Source of the DNA: Limnothrix sp. BL-A-16
GTDB taxonomy: Bacteria > Cyanobacteriota > Cyanobacteriia > CACIAM-69d
NCBI GenBank assembly: GCA_041937175.2
Contig: CP166615.1
Span: 128,001-192,000 of the forward strand
Length of the DNA stretch: 64,000 nucleotides
Direction of reading: 5' to 3'
The notes under the pieces were generated by a model, which had not been told where the DNA came from, ran no database searches, and saw nothing but the letters and a program-made list of their open reading frames with translations. Each line of letters starts with the position of its first letter. Within the stretch, counting starts at the first letter, position 1. The position numbers and the translations under genes are program-made. Shown in pieces: positions 10,512-20,906 of the stretch.

Positions 10512-10616
10512 TGGAGTTGGGCCCATGGGCAAAAAAAGTCCAGATCAAATCGTGCGAAATGACCTGAACCCGATCTAGCAGCTACCTACCTCTCACGATA
10601 TCAAACCGAGAAAGAT

Positions 10617-10658
10617 CATGAAAAGATTATGAATACAATTATGAAATAATAATGAAAG
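10617..10658. promoter_or_regulatory. Putative ManR (OmpR-family) binding direct repeats
   Basis: ATGAA at 10618, 10629, 10641 and 10652 (11/12/11 spacing) between divergent mntAB and mntC; resembles the cyanobacterial ManR site TATGAAAAGAATATGAGAA. Confidence 0.65.
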
Positions 10659-10789
10659 TTACGTCAAGCCCTCCCAGCGCTCTGATTGGGGCCCAGGCTA
10701 CGGGCCCTTGGGCAAAACACCGCGATCGGGCTGGGGTTGGCCCCGGTCTTGCTGGCGGTGGCTTGATGATGGCAATGGAGAAATGGCAC

Positions 10790-11905
10790 ATGATTCGACC
10801 CTTAGAACCCCGAAAACCACGGCAGCAATTACGCCAGCAATTACGCCAGCAATCACCACTGGCATCACCGCGAAAACACCACACAACCGGCCAGCCCTCG
10901 ATCGGGCAGCGGGGCTCCGGTTTTTCCTGGGGGCGATGGCTGGGCAGCTTGGGGATTGGGGTCTTGCTGGTGAGCTGTGGGTTAGGAGAACGACCCAGCG
11001 GGCCCGATCGGCCCACGGTGGTGGTTACCAGCACGATTTTGACGGACTTAACCCAACGGGTGGCGGGTGATGAAGTGATCGTGAAAGGCTTGCTCAGACC
11101 CGGTGACGATCCCCACCTCTATGAACCCGTGCCGCGCGATACGGTGGCGATCGAGCGGGCAGACCGCATTTTTTACAACGGCTATAACCTGGAGCCGGGG
11201 ATTATTAAGCTGATTCAATCTTCGGGGCAGACGGCTAAGGCCGTGGCGATCGGGGAGCGAGTGCCGGCCCTCACCCTACCCAAAGAGGGCGCAACGGTTC
11301 CGGATCCCCATGTGTGGGGCAGCGCCCGCAATGGCATGGTGATGGTGATGGCGATTCGGGATGAATTAAGCAAGCTTTCCCCGGGCGATCGGGCGGCGTT
11401 TGTGGCCAATGCCGATCGGTTGTTGGGGGAACTCCAGCAGCTTGATCAATGGATCGGTAACCAAATTCAAACCATTCCCACCGCCCAGCGACGACTGGTG
11501 ACCACCCACGATGCCTTTCAGTACTATGCCCAAGCCTACAAAATTCCGGTGCTCGGAACCCTGATTGGCATTAGCACCGAGGAGCAACCCAGCGCCCAAA
11601 CCATGGCCCGGATGGCGGCGGCCATTCGCCAAGCCAAAGTGCCGGCGATTTTTGCAGAAACGACCATTAACCCGGCTTTGATTGAGACGGTGGCGGCGGA
11701 AAGTGGTGCCACCCTGGCTCCCGACAAGCTCTATGCGGATTCGATCGGGGTGGCTGGGGGGCCGGCCGAGAGCTACGTGAAGATGTTGGCGCAAAATACG
11801 CGGTCGATCGTGCGGGCCTTGGGTGGGCACGATCGACCCTTTGCGCCGAGCCTTGCGCCCGCCAGCGCGCCCACTCCCTCAAGCGCCCCAGCCACGCCGC
11901 GTTAG
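10790..11905 (+). CDS. mntC: Mn/Zn ABC transporter substrate-binding lipoprotein (start uncertain)
   Basis: Lipobox LLVSC, DPHLYEP, DPHVW, TTHDAFQYY, LYADS. Confidence 0.88.
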   Translation: MIRPLEPRKPRQQLRQQLRQQSPLASPRKHHTTGQPSIGQRGSGFSWGRWLGSLGIGVLLVSCGLGERPSGPDRPTVVVTSTILTDLTQRVAGDEVIVKGLLRPGDDPHLYEPVPRDTVAIERADRIFYNGYNLEPGIIKLIQSSGQTAKAVAIGERVPALTLPKEGATVPDPHVWGSARNGMVMVMAIRDELSKLSPGDRAAFVANADRLLGELQQLDQWIGNQIQTIPTAQRRLVTTHDAFQYYAQAYKIPVLGTLIGISTEEQPSAQTMARMAAAIRQAKVPAIFAETTINPALIETVAAESGATLAPDKLYADSIGVAGGPAESYVKMLAQNTRSIVRALGGHDRPFAPSLAPASAPTPSSAPATPR

Positions 11906-11945
11906 GCTGGCTGAAGGGGTTAATCAACAGCCAAACTGCAACCGC

Positions 11946-14414
11946 TCAGGTGCGGCAACTGGGCGGCAGGGGCAGCAACACCGGCAGCCGAATCACGAAT
12001 TCTGTGCCCCATTCCGGGTCGGAAGTCCAGTCGATCGTGCCGCCGTGATTTTCCACCACAATTTGATAGGTGATGGACAGGCCCAAGCCCGTGCCGCGAC
12101 CCACGGGCTTGGTGGTGAAGAAGGGATTAAACAGATGGGGGCGAATGTCGTCAGAAATCCCATAGCCCGAATCACGAATGGCAATTTCCGCGATCGATTG
12201 GGGGCCGTTGCTCAACAGGCGAGTGCTGATTTTCAAGATGGCGGGCCGATCGATCGACTCCATCGCATCGATGGCATTGCCAATCAGGTTCATCAACACC
12301 TGGGCCATTTGCCCCCCATGGCAGGTCACCAGGGGCAATTCTCCCCGATCGATCTCCAATTGAATGCCCCCAAACCGCCCATTGGGTTCCAGCCGGTGGC
12401 GCAGGAGGGTGAGGGTTTCGTCCAAGCATTCGTGAAGATTGGTGGGTTTCATCCCTGCCCGATCGAGGCGAGCAAAGTTGCGCAGGGAAAGGACAATTTG
12501 CCGAATGCGCTCCGCCGCTAGCCCCATGGCTTCCAGGAGTTTGGTGAAGTCTTGGCGAACAAAGGTTAAATCAATGTCCCGCAACAGTTGGTCGATCGCC
12601 TCGTGGGCTTCGGGATAGGTCGATCGATAGGTGTCAATTACCCTCAGCAATTCCGCCAAATATTGCCGGGCATATTTCAAATTGCCATGGACAACGGCGA
12701 TCGGGTTGTTGATTTCGTGGGCAATGCCGGCCACCATTTGCCCCAGGCTGGACATCTTTTCGCTTTGGAACAGTTGCATTTGGGTGGACTGCAACTCATC
12801 CAGGGCTTGGGCCAGGCGATTGGCCTGGTCGCGGGCTTGGCGGGCCTTGTCTTGGGCATCGGTGTAGAGGGCCGCTTGATCCAGGGCGATCGCCAATTGG
12901 TCGCACACCCCCCGCAACAGGCCCACCTCGCTTTCGCTCCAAATCCGATCGCCCCGATGCTCCACACAGGCCACCGCCCCCAAAAAGGTGGTGCGGCTGC
13001 CCTGAACCGGCAAAATCAGCGCGGCCCCCGCCGACAGTTGCGCCAAAAATTCCTGCACCGTAATTGCCGCCGGCCGCACCACCTCATCGGTGCAAACAAT
13101 TTCCCACTGCAACAGCAACGGCGCGACTCCCGCCGCCAAGCCATGTAACTGCTTGCCCACAAAGCTCGGTAGACTGCCCTGGGCCGACTCGGCCGCCACT
13201 TCCCAATAGGATTGCTCCAGGAAGGTCACATCCTTGTTCACCGGCCGGGGGCAATAGTTCAAAAACAAGCAGCGATCAACATGCAGCAGCGATCGAATCT
13301 CCTGCACCGCCGCTTGCAAAACCACTTCCACATCCAGGGATTGGCGAATTTGCCCCGCCAACCGAAACAGCAGCGCCTCCCGCCGCGACATCAAGGCCTC
13401 GCGGGCCCAAGCCCGGTCAATGGCCATGGCCAAGACGCTGGCAATCCAACCCAGGGCCCCATGCTCCGCCGACACCATGGGCCGCCGCCCAAACAGGGCC
13501 ATCACCCCCACCAGTTGGTCATCCACAATCAGGGGATAGCCCGCAAAGGCCACAACCTGCTCACTGTCGAGCCAATCGCGGGCCTCAAAGTTGGGGTCGG
13601 TGGCGGTGCAGTTGGTCAGGTAGGGTTGGCGACTCTGGGCGATCGCCCCCACCAGGGAAGCCCCGATCGGGATATAGGTGGGAAATTCCGCCACCAGGGA
13701 ATGTTGGCCGGCTGAGGCCCGCAACTCCAGCAACCGCGCCTCCCGGTTATAGGTCCAAACCCGCACAAAGGGCACTTGCAGGGCCCCGGCGATCGTTTGG
13801 GTGCAGCGTTGCAACACTTCCGACAACGATCCCCCAGACGCAAGGGCCGCCCCCACTTCCGCCTCCAGCTTGGACAGCCGGGCCCGCTCAATCAACACTC
13901 GATCGGCCAAGCGCCGTTCCGTGATGTCGTGGCAGTTCACCACAATGCCGCGCACGGCCGAATCGTCCAGCAGATTGGTGGTGACCGCATCAAAAAAACG
14001 CCAAGAGCCGTCCCCATGGCGCACGCGATAATCCGACAGCCGTTGACTCACGCCGGGTTGGGCCAGGGCCGCCGCGATCGTGCCTTGGACGGCGGGCAAA
14101 TCTGCCGGATGCACGAAGTTTTCGACCGGTTGCCCCACGGTTTCAGCGGAGGTGTAGCCCAAAATGCCCTCGGTGGAGGGGCTGACGTAGCGAAAAATTC
14201 CGCAACTGTCCAAAATCACTACAATATCCGTGGCTTTCTCAATCAGAGATTGAAAATTGACCTGATGCTCATCAAAGCTAGCGGCCCGGTAGGGGGGAGC
14301 CGAATCGGCCTCCGGGTGCAGAGCAATGCTCGCGTCAGGTTCTGACCGAGACGGTGGGGTCGATGGTGAGGTCGATCCAGCAGGAGATGAGGCGGTGCTG
14401 AACGGGTCGGTCAT
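11946..14414 (-). CDS. PAS-GAF-GAF sensor histidine kinase (orphan)
   Basis: PAS (YVSPS...FVHPAD...DITERR), two GAF-like segments, H-box AGIAHEINNP, N-box NLIGNAIDA, G-boxes DSGYGI and FFTTKPVGRGTGLGL. Confidence 0.9.
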   Translation of the reverse strand: MTDPFSTASSPAGSTSPSTPPSRSEPDASIALHPEADSAPPYRAASFDEHQVNFQSLIEKATDIVVILDSCGIFRYVSPSTEGILGYTSAETVGQPVENFVHPADLPAVQGTIAAALAQPGVSQRLSDYRVRHGDGSWRFFDAVTTNLLDDSAVRGIVVNCHDITERRLADRVLIERARLSKLEAEVGAALASGGSLSEVLQRCTQTIAGALQVPFVRVWTYNREARLLELRASAGQHSLVAEFPTYIPIGASLVGAIAQSRQPYLTNCTATDPNFEARDWLDSEQVVAFAGYPLIVDDQLVGVMALFGRRPMVSAEHGALGWIASVLAMAIDRAWAREALMSRREALLFRLAGQIRQSLDVEVVLQAAVQEIRSLLHVDRCLFLNYCPRPVNKDVTFLEQSYWEVAAESAQGSLPSFVGKQLHGLAAGVAPLLLQWEIVCTDEVVRPAAITVQEFLAQLSAGAALILPVQGSRTTFLGAVACVEHRGDRIWSESEVGLLRGVCDQLAIALDQAALYTDAQDKARQARDQANRLAQALDELQSTQMQLFQSEKMSSLGQMVAGIAHEINNPIAVVHGNLKYARQYLAELLRVIDTYRSTYPEAHEAIDQLLRDIDLTFVRQDFTKLLEAMGLAAERIRQIVLSLRNFARLDRAGMKPTNLHECLDETLTLLRHRLEPNGRFGGIQLEIDRGELPLVTCHGGQMAQVLMNLIGNAIDAMESIDRPAILKISTRLLSNGPQSIAEIAIRDSGYGISDDIRPHLFNPFFTTKPVGRGTGLGLSITYQIVVENHGGTIDWTSDPEWGTEFVIRLPVLLPLPPSCRT

Positions 14415-14864
14415 GGGGCTAGGCAACAGGACTCTCGAAGGCAGGATGACGGATCCCCAGGGGCGATCGCACGGGGCGATCAACGCTTCCCATACGTTAA
14501 CAACAGTCTGAAAGGACGGCCTGAATTATTTTGGGAAGAATTGCTTTGGGAAGAATGACTTTGGGAAGTCTGTCGGGAATGATTGGGGGACTTGGCTGAA
14601 GCTGAGGAGACTGGGGCCAGCGGCTTGCGGGCATGACTCCAGGGCAATAGAGGCACAGGCGAATGGGGCAGGGCAGCACGCGATCGGCCATGGTGCAAGA
14701 GGCTTGGTTTGGGCAAGCAACAACTCCCTCAGCACAGACTAACTGAGATTACCCGGACGCTGCCGCCGAAAGTCCCGATTTCAGGGTTTTGATTAACCCA
14801 CTGAATTAAAGATGCGAACAGAGATGCAAACTGATATCTAAACCGATCCACGAACAGAAAACCG

Positions 14865-14910
14865 ATGCGGGTTGAGCAGCCTCACCAGGATGGGACTGCT
14901 CAACCCGCAT
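14865..14910 (-). terminator. 15-bp inverted repeat, probable terminator of sps
   Basis: ATGCGGGTTGAGCAG / CTGCTCAACCCGCAT, followed by CGGTTTTCT on the minus strand. Confidence 0.55.
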
Positions 14911-15070
14911 GGATGTTGTTGGAGTTGCCCGATCCCCCATGATTTGAGCATGAGACCCTGCTAGCTTCCGTCGCAACGATCACGCTTCGGAGGCGAACCA
15001 GCGGCCGATCGAGCAATGGATTATGGGGAGGAGCGGTTTGGGGGCTTTGGTGGGTGGCCGTTAATCAGGC

Positions 15071-17377
15071 TCAAGACAAGGCCTGTTGCAGAGGCGGATG
15101 TTTAGGGCCACCGGAGCGATCGCCCGTGATGTGGTTGCCACCGAATCGGGCGATCGGGTTGGGATGCGCCAACGGGGACGAGAGCTGATCGCCAAAACCG
15201 GGAATTTGGTAATGGGCCAACCCTTCCAAAATGCCCCAGGCGTAGTGTCCTTCGGCAAAGTAGATGTTGGGATGGGTTCGCAGTCGGTCGAGTTCACGGC
15301 TGTGGTTCCCCACCACCACGGCCCGGGTGTTGCCCCGCAGCATCGAGACATCATTGCCCGAATCGCCCGCCACCAGCAGGTTGTTAATCAGGAACCCCCA
15401 CTTCAGGGCACAGTAGCGAAGGGCATCGCCCTTGGAGGCACGCCAGGGCAAAATGTCTAGATATTGCCCGTGGGAGCTAATCAGCCGAACATTTAGCCCT
15501 TGACGGCGCAGATATTGGCGAATTTGGCGAATTTGGGGCGCAATCTGCGGATCAATCCAATAGCTGATTTTGTGCGATCGCTGGTTGGCCTCGGGTTGCA
15601 ACACCAGGCCTTCCATATCGTTCAAGGCGGTGCGGATGGCGTTGGGTTGCCAATTGTGGCTGATGTATTGTCGCCAACGGGTGTCGGGAACCAGGTCGGG
15701 GCCATAGTGAATTTCGCTGCCAACGGCCGTGATCAACACATCCGGGAGCGGAACTTGCCAATCTTGCAGGGTTTCGAGGGCGCTGGGCAGGGTGCGCCCG
15801 GTGGCCACACCAAACCCGATCGCCCGATCGCCCACCAGCAACTGGGCCAAGAGCTGATCGAGTCCTTCGCGATCGCCAATCAGGGTGTTGTCAATGTCGG
15901 AAATGAAGAGATGTTCTGCCTGAATCAGCGGATTCGTGGAAACCTCCCGTCGCTCGCGATGGGCCGGGGTGGTGACACTGAGGGCGCTGCCCACACGCAA
16001 TGCCTTGGGTTGCAACAGTTGGCGAACCTGTTGCAGATATTTTTCCGTGTGAGCTTCCCAGGAAAAGGTGCGCCGCACGCCCGCCAAACCTTGCTCAGAC
16101 CACTGTTGCCAACGATTGGGCTGGGTCAAGGCTTGGTAAAGAGCCGATCGAATTTGGTCAAGATCCAACGGATCCACCAACTGCCCATTGGCACAGGCCG
16201 CTAGAATATCGCGCGGGCCGCCATCATTGGTGGCTACCACCGGCAAACCGCTGGCCGCCGCCTCAATCAGCGTTAAGCCAAAGGGTTCCGTTAGGGCTGG
16301 ATTAATGAACACGCCCCGAGTTTGGGTGGCCAGGCGATATAAATCCGCCACATCGGTGCTGTGGTGTTGTTTGGGATAGGCCACCTTGCCGTAGAGATCG
16401 TAGCGATCGATCAACAGCATCAGTTCCGTCATCACCTGCCTGGGGCCCGGCTCCATGGCGGCAATGTCCGTGCGGCTGCCCAGCACCAACACCAGGTTGG
16501 CCAAGGATTGCAATTCCGGCGACTCGCCATAGGCCTGTACCAAACTGGCCACGTTCTTGCGCCGTTCCGCCCGCGACAGGGCCAAGATGATCGGCTTCTG
16601 TGGATTGGTGAGGAATCGATCGAGCTGGGCCTGGATCGGTGGGGTGGGCCATTGGGCCGGTGGTGGATAAAACTGCTGAAGCTCCGTGCCCGGCGGAATC
16701 ACCACCATTCGATCGGGCTGGTAATTGTCATAAACCTGATATTGCTCCTGCACTTCCTGTTGCGTGCTGGCCACAATCAAACTGGCACTGGCCAGGGTGA
16801 CTTCCTCCGCTTCAATGCGGGTGTTGAAGTGAAACTGCTCCTCCAGGGCGGCCGGTTTGCTGCCCTGCTCCAACATCCGCTGCAACTTCACCCGTCCCAG
16901 TGAATGGCCCGTGTGCACCAGGGGCACCCCCAGCCACCCGGCCACCCGGGATCCCACATAGCCCGCATCGGCGTAGTGGCTGTGAATCAAATCTGGCGTG
17001 CGGCCCACCGTCCGCAGGTAGCGCAAGACTTCATCGGCAAAGATATCGAGATGGGGCCAAAGTACCTCCTTGCGCAGATAGCGACGCGGCCCGGCCGACA
17101 GCCGAACGATTTGCGATTTGGGGCTGAGGGGTTCAATGGGCTGGGCATAGTCGGCGCTCACTTTCGGGTCTTGGATACGGCGAGTGATGAGATCGACCCG
17201 ATCGATTTCTGGGCGCTGGGCGAGCGATCGCGCCAGCTCCACCACGTACTTGGTTTGACCACCCGTATCAGCATCGCGGCCCAGTTCCAAATTGCTGCCC
17301 CGCAGCAAGCCGTGAATGCTAATGGTGACGATATACAGGTTTTTCAAGTCAGTCATGGTTCTGTTGGAATCCTCCAT
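15071..17377 (-). CDS. spsA: Sucrose-phosphate synthase with C-terminal HAD (SPP-like) domain
   Basis: HGLLRG..LELGRDADTGGQTKYV, HSHYADAG, TGHSLG, EPFGLTLIEAAA; HAD motifs SDIDNT and GDSGND. Confidence 0.92.
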   Translation of the reverse strand: MEDSNRTMTDLKNLYIVTISIHGLLRGSNLELGRDADTGGQTKYVVELARSLAQRPEIDRVDLITRRIQDPKVSADYAQPIEPLSPKSQIVRLSAGPRRYLRKEVLWPHLDIFADEVLRYLRTVGRTPDLIHSHYADAGYVGSRVAGWLGVPLVHTGHSLGRVKLQRMLEQGSKPAALEEQFHFNTRIEAEEVTLASASLIVASTQQEVQEQYQVYDNYQPDRMVVIPPGTELQQFYPPPAQWPTPPIQAQLDRFLTNPQKPIILALSRAERRKNVASLVQAYGESPELQSLANLVLVLGSRTDIAAMEPGPRQVMTELMLLIDRYDLYGKVAYPKQHHSTDVADLYRLATQTRGVFINPALTEPFGLTLIEAAASGLPVVATNDGGPRDILAACANGQLVDPLDLDQIRSALYQALTQPNRWQQWSEQGLAGVRRTFSWEAHTEKYLQQVRQLLQPKALRVGSALSVTTPAHRERREVSTNPLIQAEHLFISDIDNTLIGDREGLDQLLAQLLVGDRAIGFGVATGRTLPSALETLQDWQVPLPDVLITAVGSEIHYGPDLVPDTRWRQYISHNWQPNAIRTALNDMEGLVLQPEANQRSHKISYWIDPQIAPQIRQIRQYLRRQGLNVRLISSHGQYLDILPWRASKGDALRYCALKWGFLINNLLVAGDSGNDVSMLRGNTRAVVVGNHSRELDRLRTHPNIYFAEGHYAWGILEGLAHYQIPGFGDQLSSPLAHPNPIARFGGNHITGDRSGGPKHPPLQQALS

Positions 17378-17623
17378 GAGCAGCTCGTTCTTCAGCGGTG
17401 GGTGATAGTAAATGCCCCCTGAGCGCTGAATCGGGCCTTGAGTAACTCGGCAACTGACAGTGCAACGAATGGTTGAACGACCGGCCGAAACATGCCGCTC
17501 GGCCTCTCCAGCATAACCAGCGAATTTTGAGTAGCTTGGAGGGGTTACCCGAACCTCAAATTGCCCAGCGATCGGTTAAGCACCGGCCACAGGGCGATAA
17601 GTTTCCGCTAAGGATTTGCATTT

Positions 17624-19159
17624 ATGGCTCGATTTGACAGCGTTCAAAGTATTCATCACGCGCGGCATTTGCTCTATGACAAATCAATTGTTTACTGTCG
17701 CGATCGCCCCGTGGGAACCTTTGCCGCCTTGCCACAACCTCGGCGCGATCGACCCGATGCCCCGCCGGATCCTGACCTGAATTACAACGAAGTTTTCATC
17801 CGGGATAACGTACCCGTGATGATTTATTTTTTGTTGGATGGACGAGCGGATTTACTGCGAGATTTCCTGGATATTTGCCTGGACTTGCAAAGCACCGATC
17901 CCCAAACGGAAGGCATTTTTCCCAGCAGCTTCTATGTGGAACCCAATAGCCAAACCCTGGTGGCTGACTATGGTCAACGGGCGATCGGGCGGGTTTCCTC
18001 CGTTGATGCCAGCCTTTGGTGGCCGATTTTGGCCCATGTTTATGTGCAACGAACGGGCGATTGGAGTTGGAGCCAACAACCCAAAGTCCAAGAGGGTATT
18101 CAGCGGTTTCTGCGGCTGATTTTGCATCCTTGGTTTCGGCACGCCCCAACCCTTTACGTGCCCGATGGAGCCTTCATGATTGATCGCCCCTTGGATGTGT
18201 GGGGCGCACCCTTAGAAATTCAAACCTTGCTGTATGGAGCCTTGCTCAGTTCCGTCGTTTTAATTCATAGCGATCTGAAGGAAAAAGTAATTGGCAGCAC
18301 TGCCGGATCAGCAGCCCTCACCGATCCCTTTATTCGGCAACAAATTTGGCAATTACGATACGCCACTGCCCTGGCCCGTCGCCTGCGTCGCTATCTGCTT
18401 CAGCACTATTGGATTAATGGCAAAACCATTCAAATCCTGCGCCGCCGGCCCACTGACCAATACGGTGAGCGCGTCTCCAATGAATATAATATTCGCACCG
18501 AAACGATTCCCCACTGGTTGCAAACCTGGCTGGGCGATCAAGGGGGATATCTGATTGGTAATATCCGCACAGGTCGCCCTGATTTTCGCTTTTTCTCCTT
18601 GGGAAATTGCTTGGGCGCTATTTTTGATGTGCTCACCTTTTCCCAACAGCGTGCCCTCTTCCAATTGGTGCTGAATAATCAGGCTGATTTGTTTGGAGAA
18701 ATGCCCTTGCGCATTTGCCATCCCCCTTTGGATGCCAGTGATTGGCGTAATAAAACGGGATATGACTCCAAAAACCGCCCCTGGTGCTATCACAATGGCG
18801 GTCATTGGCCCTGCTTGCTTTGGTATTTTGTGGTGGCCGTTTTGCGACATCAACAAACGTCAACCACGCCCTACTATCGCTTTGGCCATTTGCATGAGTC
18901 GCTCTGGGATTGCTTGCAAGATGCCTATCAGGTGTTGTTGAAGCGGTTACCGGAACAAAAATGGCCGGAATATTTTGATGGGCCCACGGGGGTTTGGCTG
19001 GGTCAAGAGGCGCGCCTTTACCAAACCTGGACTTTTACGGGCCTGCTGTTGGTTCACCATTTTTTGAATAAGCCGGCCGATGCCACGGTGTTGGATATGC
19101 CGGGATTACGATCGATCCTGTCGATCGAGGCGCAATATCAAGATTTGCGATGGGATTGA
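17624..19159 (+). CDS. Alkaline/neutral invertase (GH100)
   Basis: LNYNEVFIRD, ADYGQRAIGRV..VDASLWW, MIDR, DFRFFSLGN, YHNGGHWP, WPEYFDG, ARLYQTW. Confidence 0.92.
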   Translation: MARFDSVQSIHHARHLLYDKSIVYCRDRPVGTFAALPQPRRDRPDAPPDPDLNYNEVFIRDNVPVMIYFLLDGRADLLRDFLDICLDLQSTDPQTEGIFPSSFYVEPNSQTLVADYGQRAIGRVSSVDASLWWPILAHVYVQRTGDWSWSQQPKVQEGIQRFLRLILHPWFRHAPTLYVPDGAFMIDRPLDVWGAPLEIQTLLYGALLSSVVLIHSDLKEKVIGSTAGSAALTDPFIRQQIWQLRYATALARRLRRYLLQHYWINGKTIQILRRRPTDQYGERVSNEYNIRTETIPHWLQTWLGDQGGYLIGNIRTGRPDFRFFSLGNCLGAIFDVLTFSQQRALFQLVLNNQADLFGEMPLRICHPPLDASDWRNKTGYDSKNRPWCYHNGGHWPCLLWYFVVAVLRHQQTSTTPYYRFGHLHESLWDCLQDAYQVLLKRLPEQKWPEYFDGPTGVWLGQEARLYQTWTFTGLLLVHHFLNKPADATVLDMPGLRSILSIEAQYQDLRWD

Positions 19160-19351
19160 CGATACCCATGCAGTGAAGGCGATCAACATCTTCGATCGCC
19201 CATGGCGACCCAACCAGACCCCGTAGCGGGCGATCGCGTGAGTTGCCGGTTGTGGGCCCGGCGATCGCCCCAGGGCTGCGACCTGAGCATTGACCCGCAA
19301 AATGCCGGGGAACCCCCGGCCGAATTCCTGGGACGATCCCCTAGCCGGATT

Positions 19352-19369
19352 TAGGTAAAGAAAGTTAAA
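19352..19369 (-). promoter_or_regulatory. Possible HLR1 (RpaB) element upstream of psbD
   Basis: Minus strand TTTAACTT-TC-TTTACCTA, an imperfect match to the paired (G/T)TTACAWW repeats with 10-bp period. Confidence 0.3.
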
Positions 19370-19486
19370 CTTTTCTGAGAGTGATTGTGGCGATTCGATC
19401 GCTTTGTGCTTAGTCGCCCTCGGCCATCGATCGCCCCTGACCTCTCATTTTTGTCATTTATTTCCCTTCTTACTCGGAGTTCTTCC

Positions 19487-20545
19487 ATGACCATCGCAGT
19501 TGGACGCGTGGGCACGGAACGCGGGTGGTTCGACGTAGTGGACGACTGGCTGAAGCGAGATCGCTTCGTCTTCGTCGGCTGGTCGGGTCTGCTGTTGTTC
19601 CCCTGCGCATACCTCGCCCTCGGAGGCTGGCTGACCGGCACCACCTTCGTCACCTCGTGGTACACCCACGGATTGGCTTCGTCGTACCTGGAAGGATGCA
19701 ACTTCCTGACCGTCGCCGTGTCCACCCCGGCGAATAGCTTGGGTCACTCGCTGCTGCTGCTGTGGGGTCCCGAAGCACAGGGAGACTTCGTGCGCTGGTG
19801 CCAGTTGGGCGGTTTGTGGAACTTTGTGGCATTGCATGGGGCATTTGGACTGATCGGCTTCATGCTGCGTCAGTTTGAAATTGCCCGCTTGGTGGGGATT
19901 CGTCCTTACAACGCGATCGCCTTCTCGGGGCCGATCGCGGTGTTTGTGTCGGTATTCCTGATGTACCCGTTGGGTCAATCGGGCTGGTTCTTTGCGCCCA
20001 GCTTTGGAGTGGCATCAATCTTCCGGTTCCTGCTGTTCCTGCAAGGGTTCCACAACTGGACGCTGAATCCGTTCCACATGATGGGTGTCGCCGGGATTCT
20101 CGGCGGTGCGCTGCTGTGCGCCATCCACGGTGCAACGGTAGAAAACACCCTGTTCCAAGATGGGGAAAAGGCGAACACCTTTGGTGCATTTGAGCCGACC
20201 CAAGCCGAAGAAACCTACTCGATGGTGACGGCGAACCGATTCTGGTCGCAAATCTTCGGGATTGCGTTCTCGAACAAGCGTTGGCTGCACTTCTTCATGC
20301 TGTTCGTGCCCGTGATGGGTCTGTGGACGAGTTCGATCGGGATTGTGGGATTGGGCTTGAACCTGCGGGCATACGACTTCGTGTCGCAAGAGCTGCGGGC
20401 GGCTGAAGACCCCGAATTCGAGACGTTCTACACGAAGAACATCCTGTTGAACGAAGGCATCCGCGCTTGGATGGCTCCGCAAGACCAACCCCACGAAAAC
20501 TTCATCTTCCCCGAAGAAGTGCTGCCTCGCGGTAACGCACTGTAA
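19487..20545 (+). CDS. psbD: Photosystem II D2 protein, monocistronic copy (psbD2-like; no psbC follows)
   Basis: 352 aa, MTIAVG...[16 protein letters not shown]...[10 protein letters not shown]. Confidence 0.99.
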   Translation: MTIAVGRVGTERGWFDVVDDWLKRDRFVFVGWSGLLLFPCAYLALGGWLTGTTFVTSWYTHGLASSYLEGCNFLTVAVSTPANSLGHSLLLLWGPEAQGDFVRWCQLGGLWNFVALHGAFGLIGFMLRQFEIARLVGIRPYNAIAFSGPIAVFVSVFLMYPLGQSGWFFAPSFGVASIFRFLLFLQGFHNWTLNPFHMMGVAGILGGALLCAIHGATVENTLFQDGEKANTFGAFEPTQAEETYSMVTANRFWSQIFGIAFSNKRWLHFFMLFVPVMGLWTSSIGIVGLGLNLRAYDFVSQELRAAEDPEFETFYTKNILLNEGIRAWMAPQDQPHENFIFPEEVLPRGNAL

Positions 20546-20656
20546 GGGTTGAGCGAAGCCTGAGTCTAAGCGATGAATCTACACGATCGCGCGTTTTCTC
20601 ATCAAACCGTTGCGATCGCCTATTGCTCAAATTAACCAGAGACAGATCATGAATAG

Positions 20657-20689
20657 AGGGTGCGATCGACGCGATCGCGCCCTTTTTTT
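20657..20689 (+). terminator. Rho-independent terminator after psbD
   Basis: AGGGTGCGATCG-ACG-CGATCGCGCCCT followed by a T-tract; the stem is built from HIP1-like words. Confidence 0.7.
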
Positions 20690-20789
20690 GGTCTCCTACG
20701 GGACTTGCGGGACTTGTGGGCACGATGATCAGCCCGATCGGGGGTTTGGGTTTTGGGCCATTCCCAGAAAGTTGTGTTAGTTTATTCAT

Positions 20790-20808
20790 AGTCATAATGA
20801 TTATGACT
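20790..20808. promoter_or_regulatory. Fur/PerR-type operator upstream of rubrerythrin
   Basis: Perfect 9-1-9 palindrome AGTCATAAT-G-ATTATGACT with ATAATnATTAT core. Confidence 0.7.
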
Positions 20809-20906
20809 TAGAGAAGAGTTCACGCTGCCACCACCTCGCCAGCCTTCCGCACTGGGGCTGACCGGGATGGTGCACACAACTAACCCCACCCGTTTTCTTG
20901 CGTCTT

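Noticed and set aside
11946..14414. GAF domains as a possible cyanobacteriochrome photoreceptor
   Set aside because: No CH chromophore-binding motif or DXCF-type motif is recognisable
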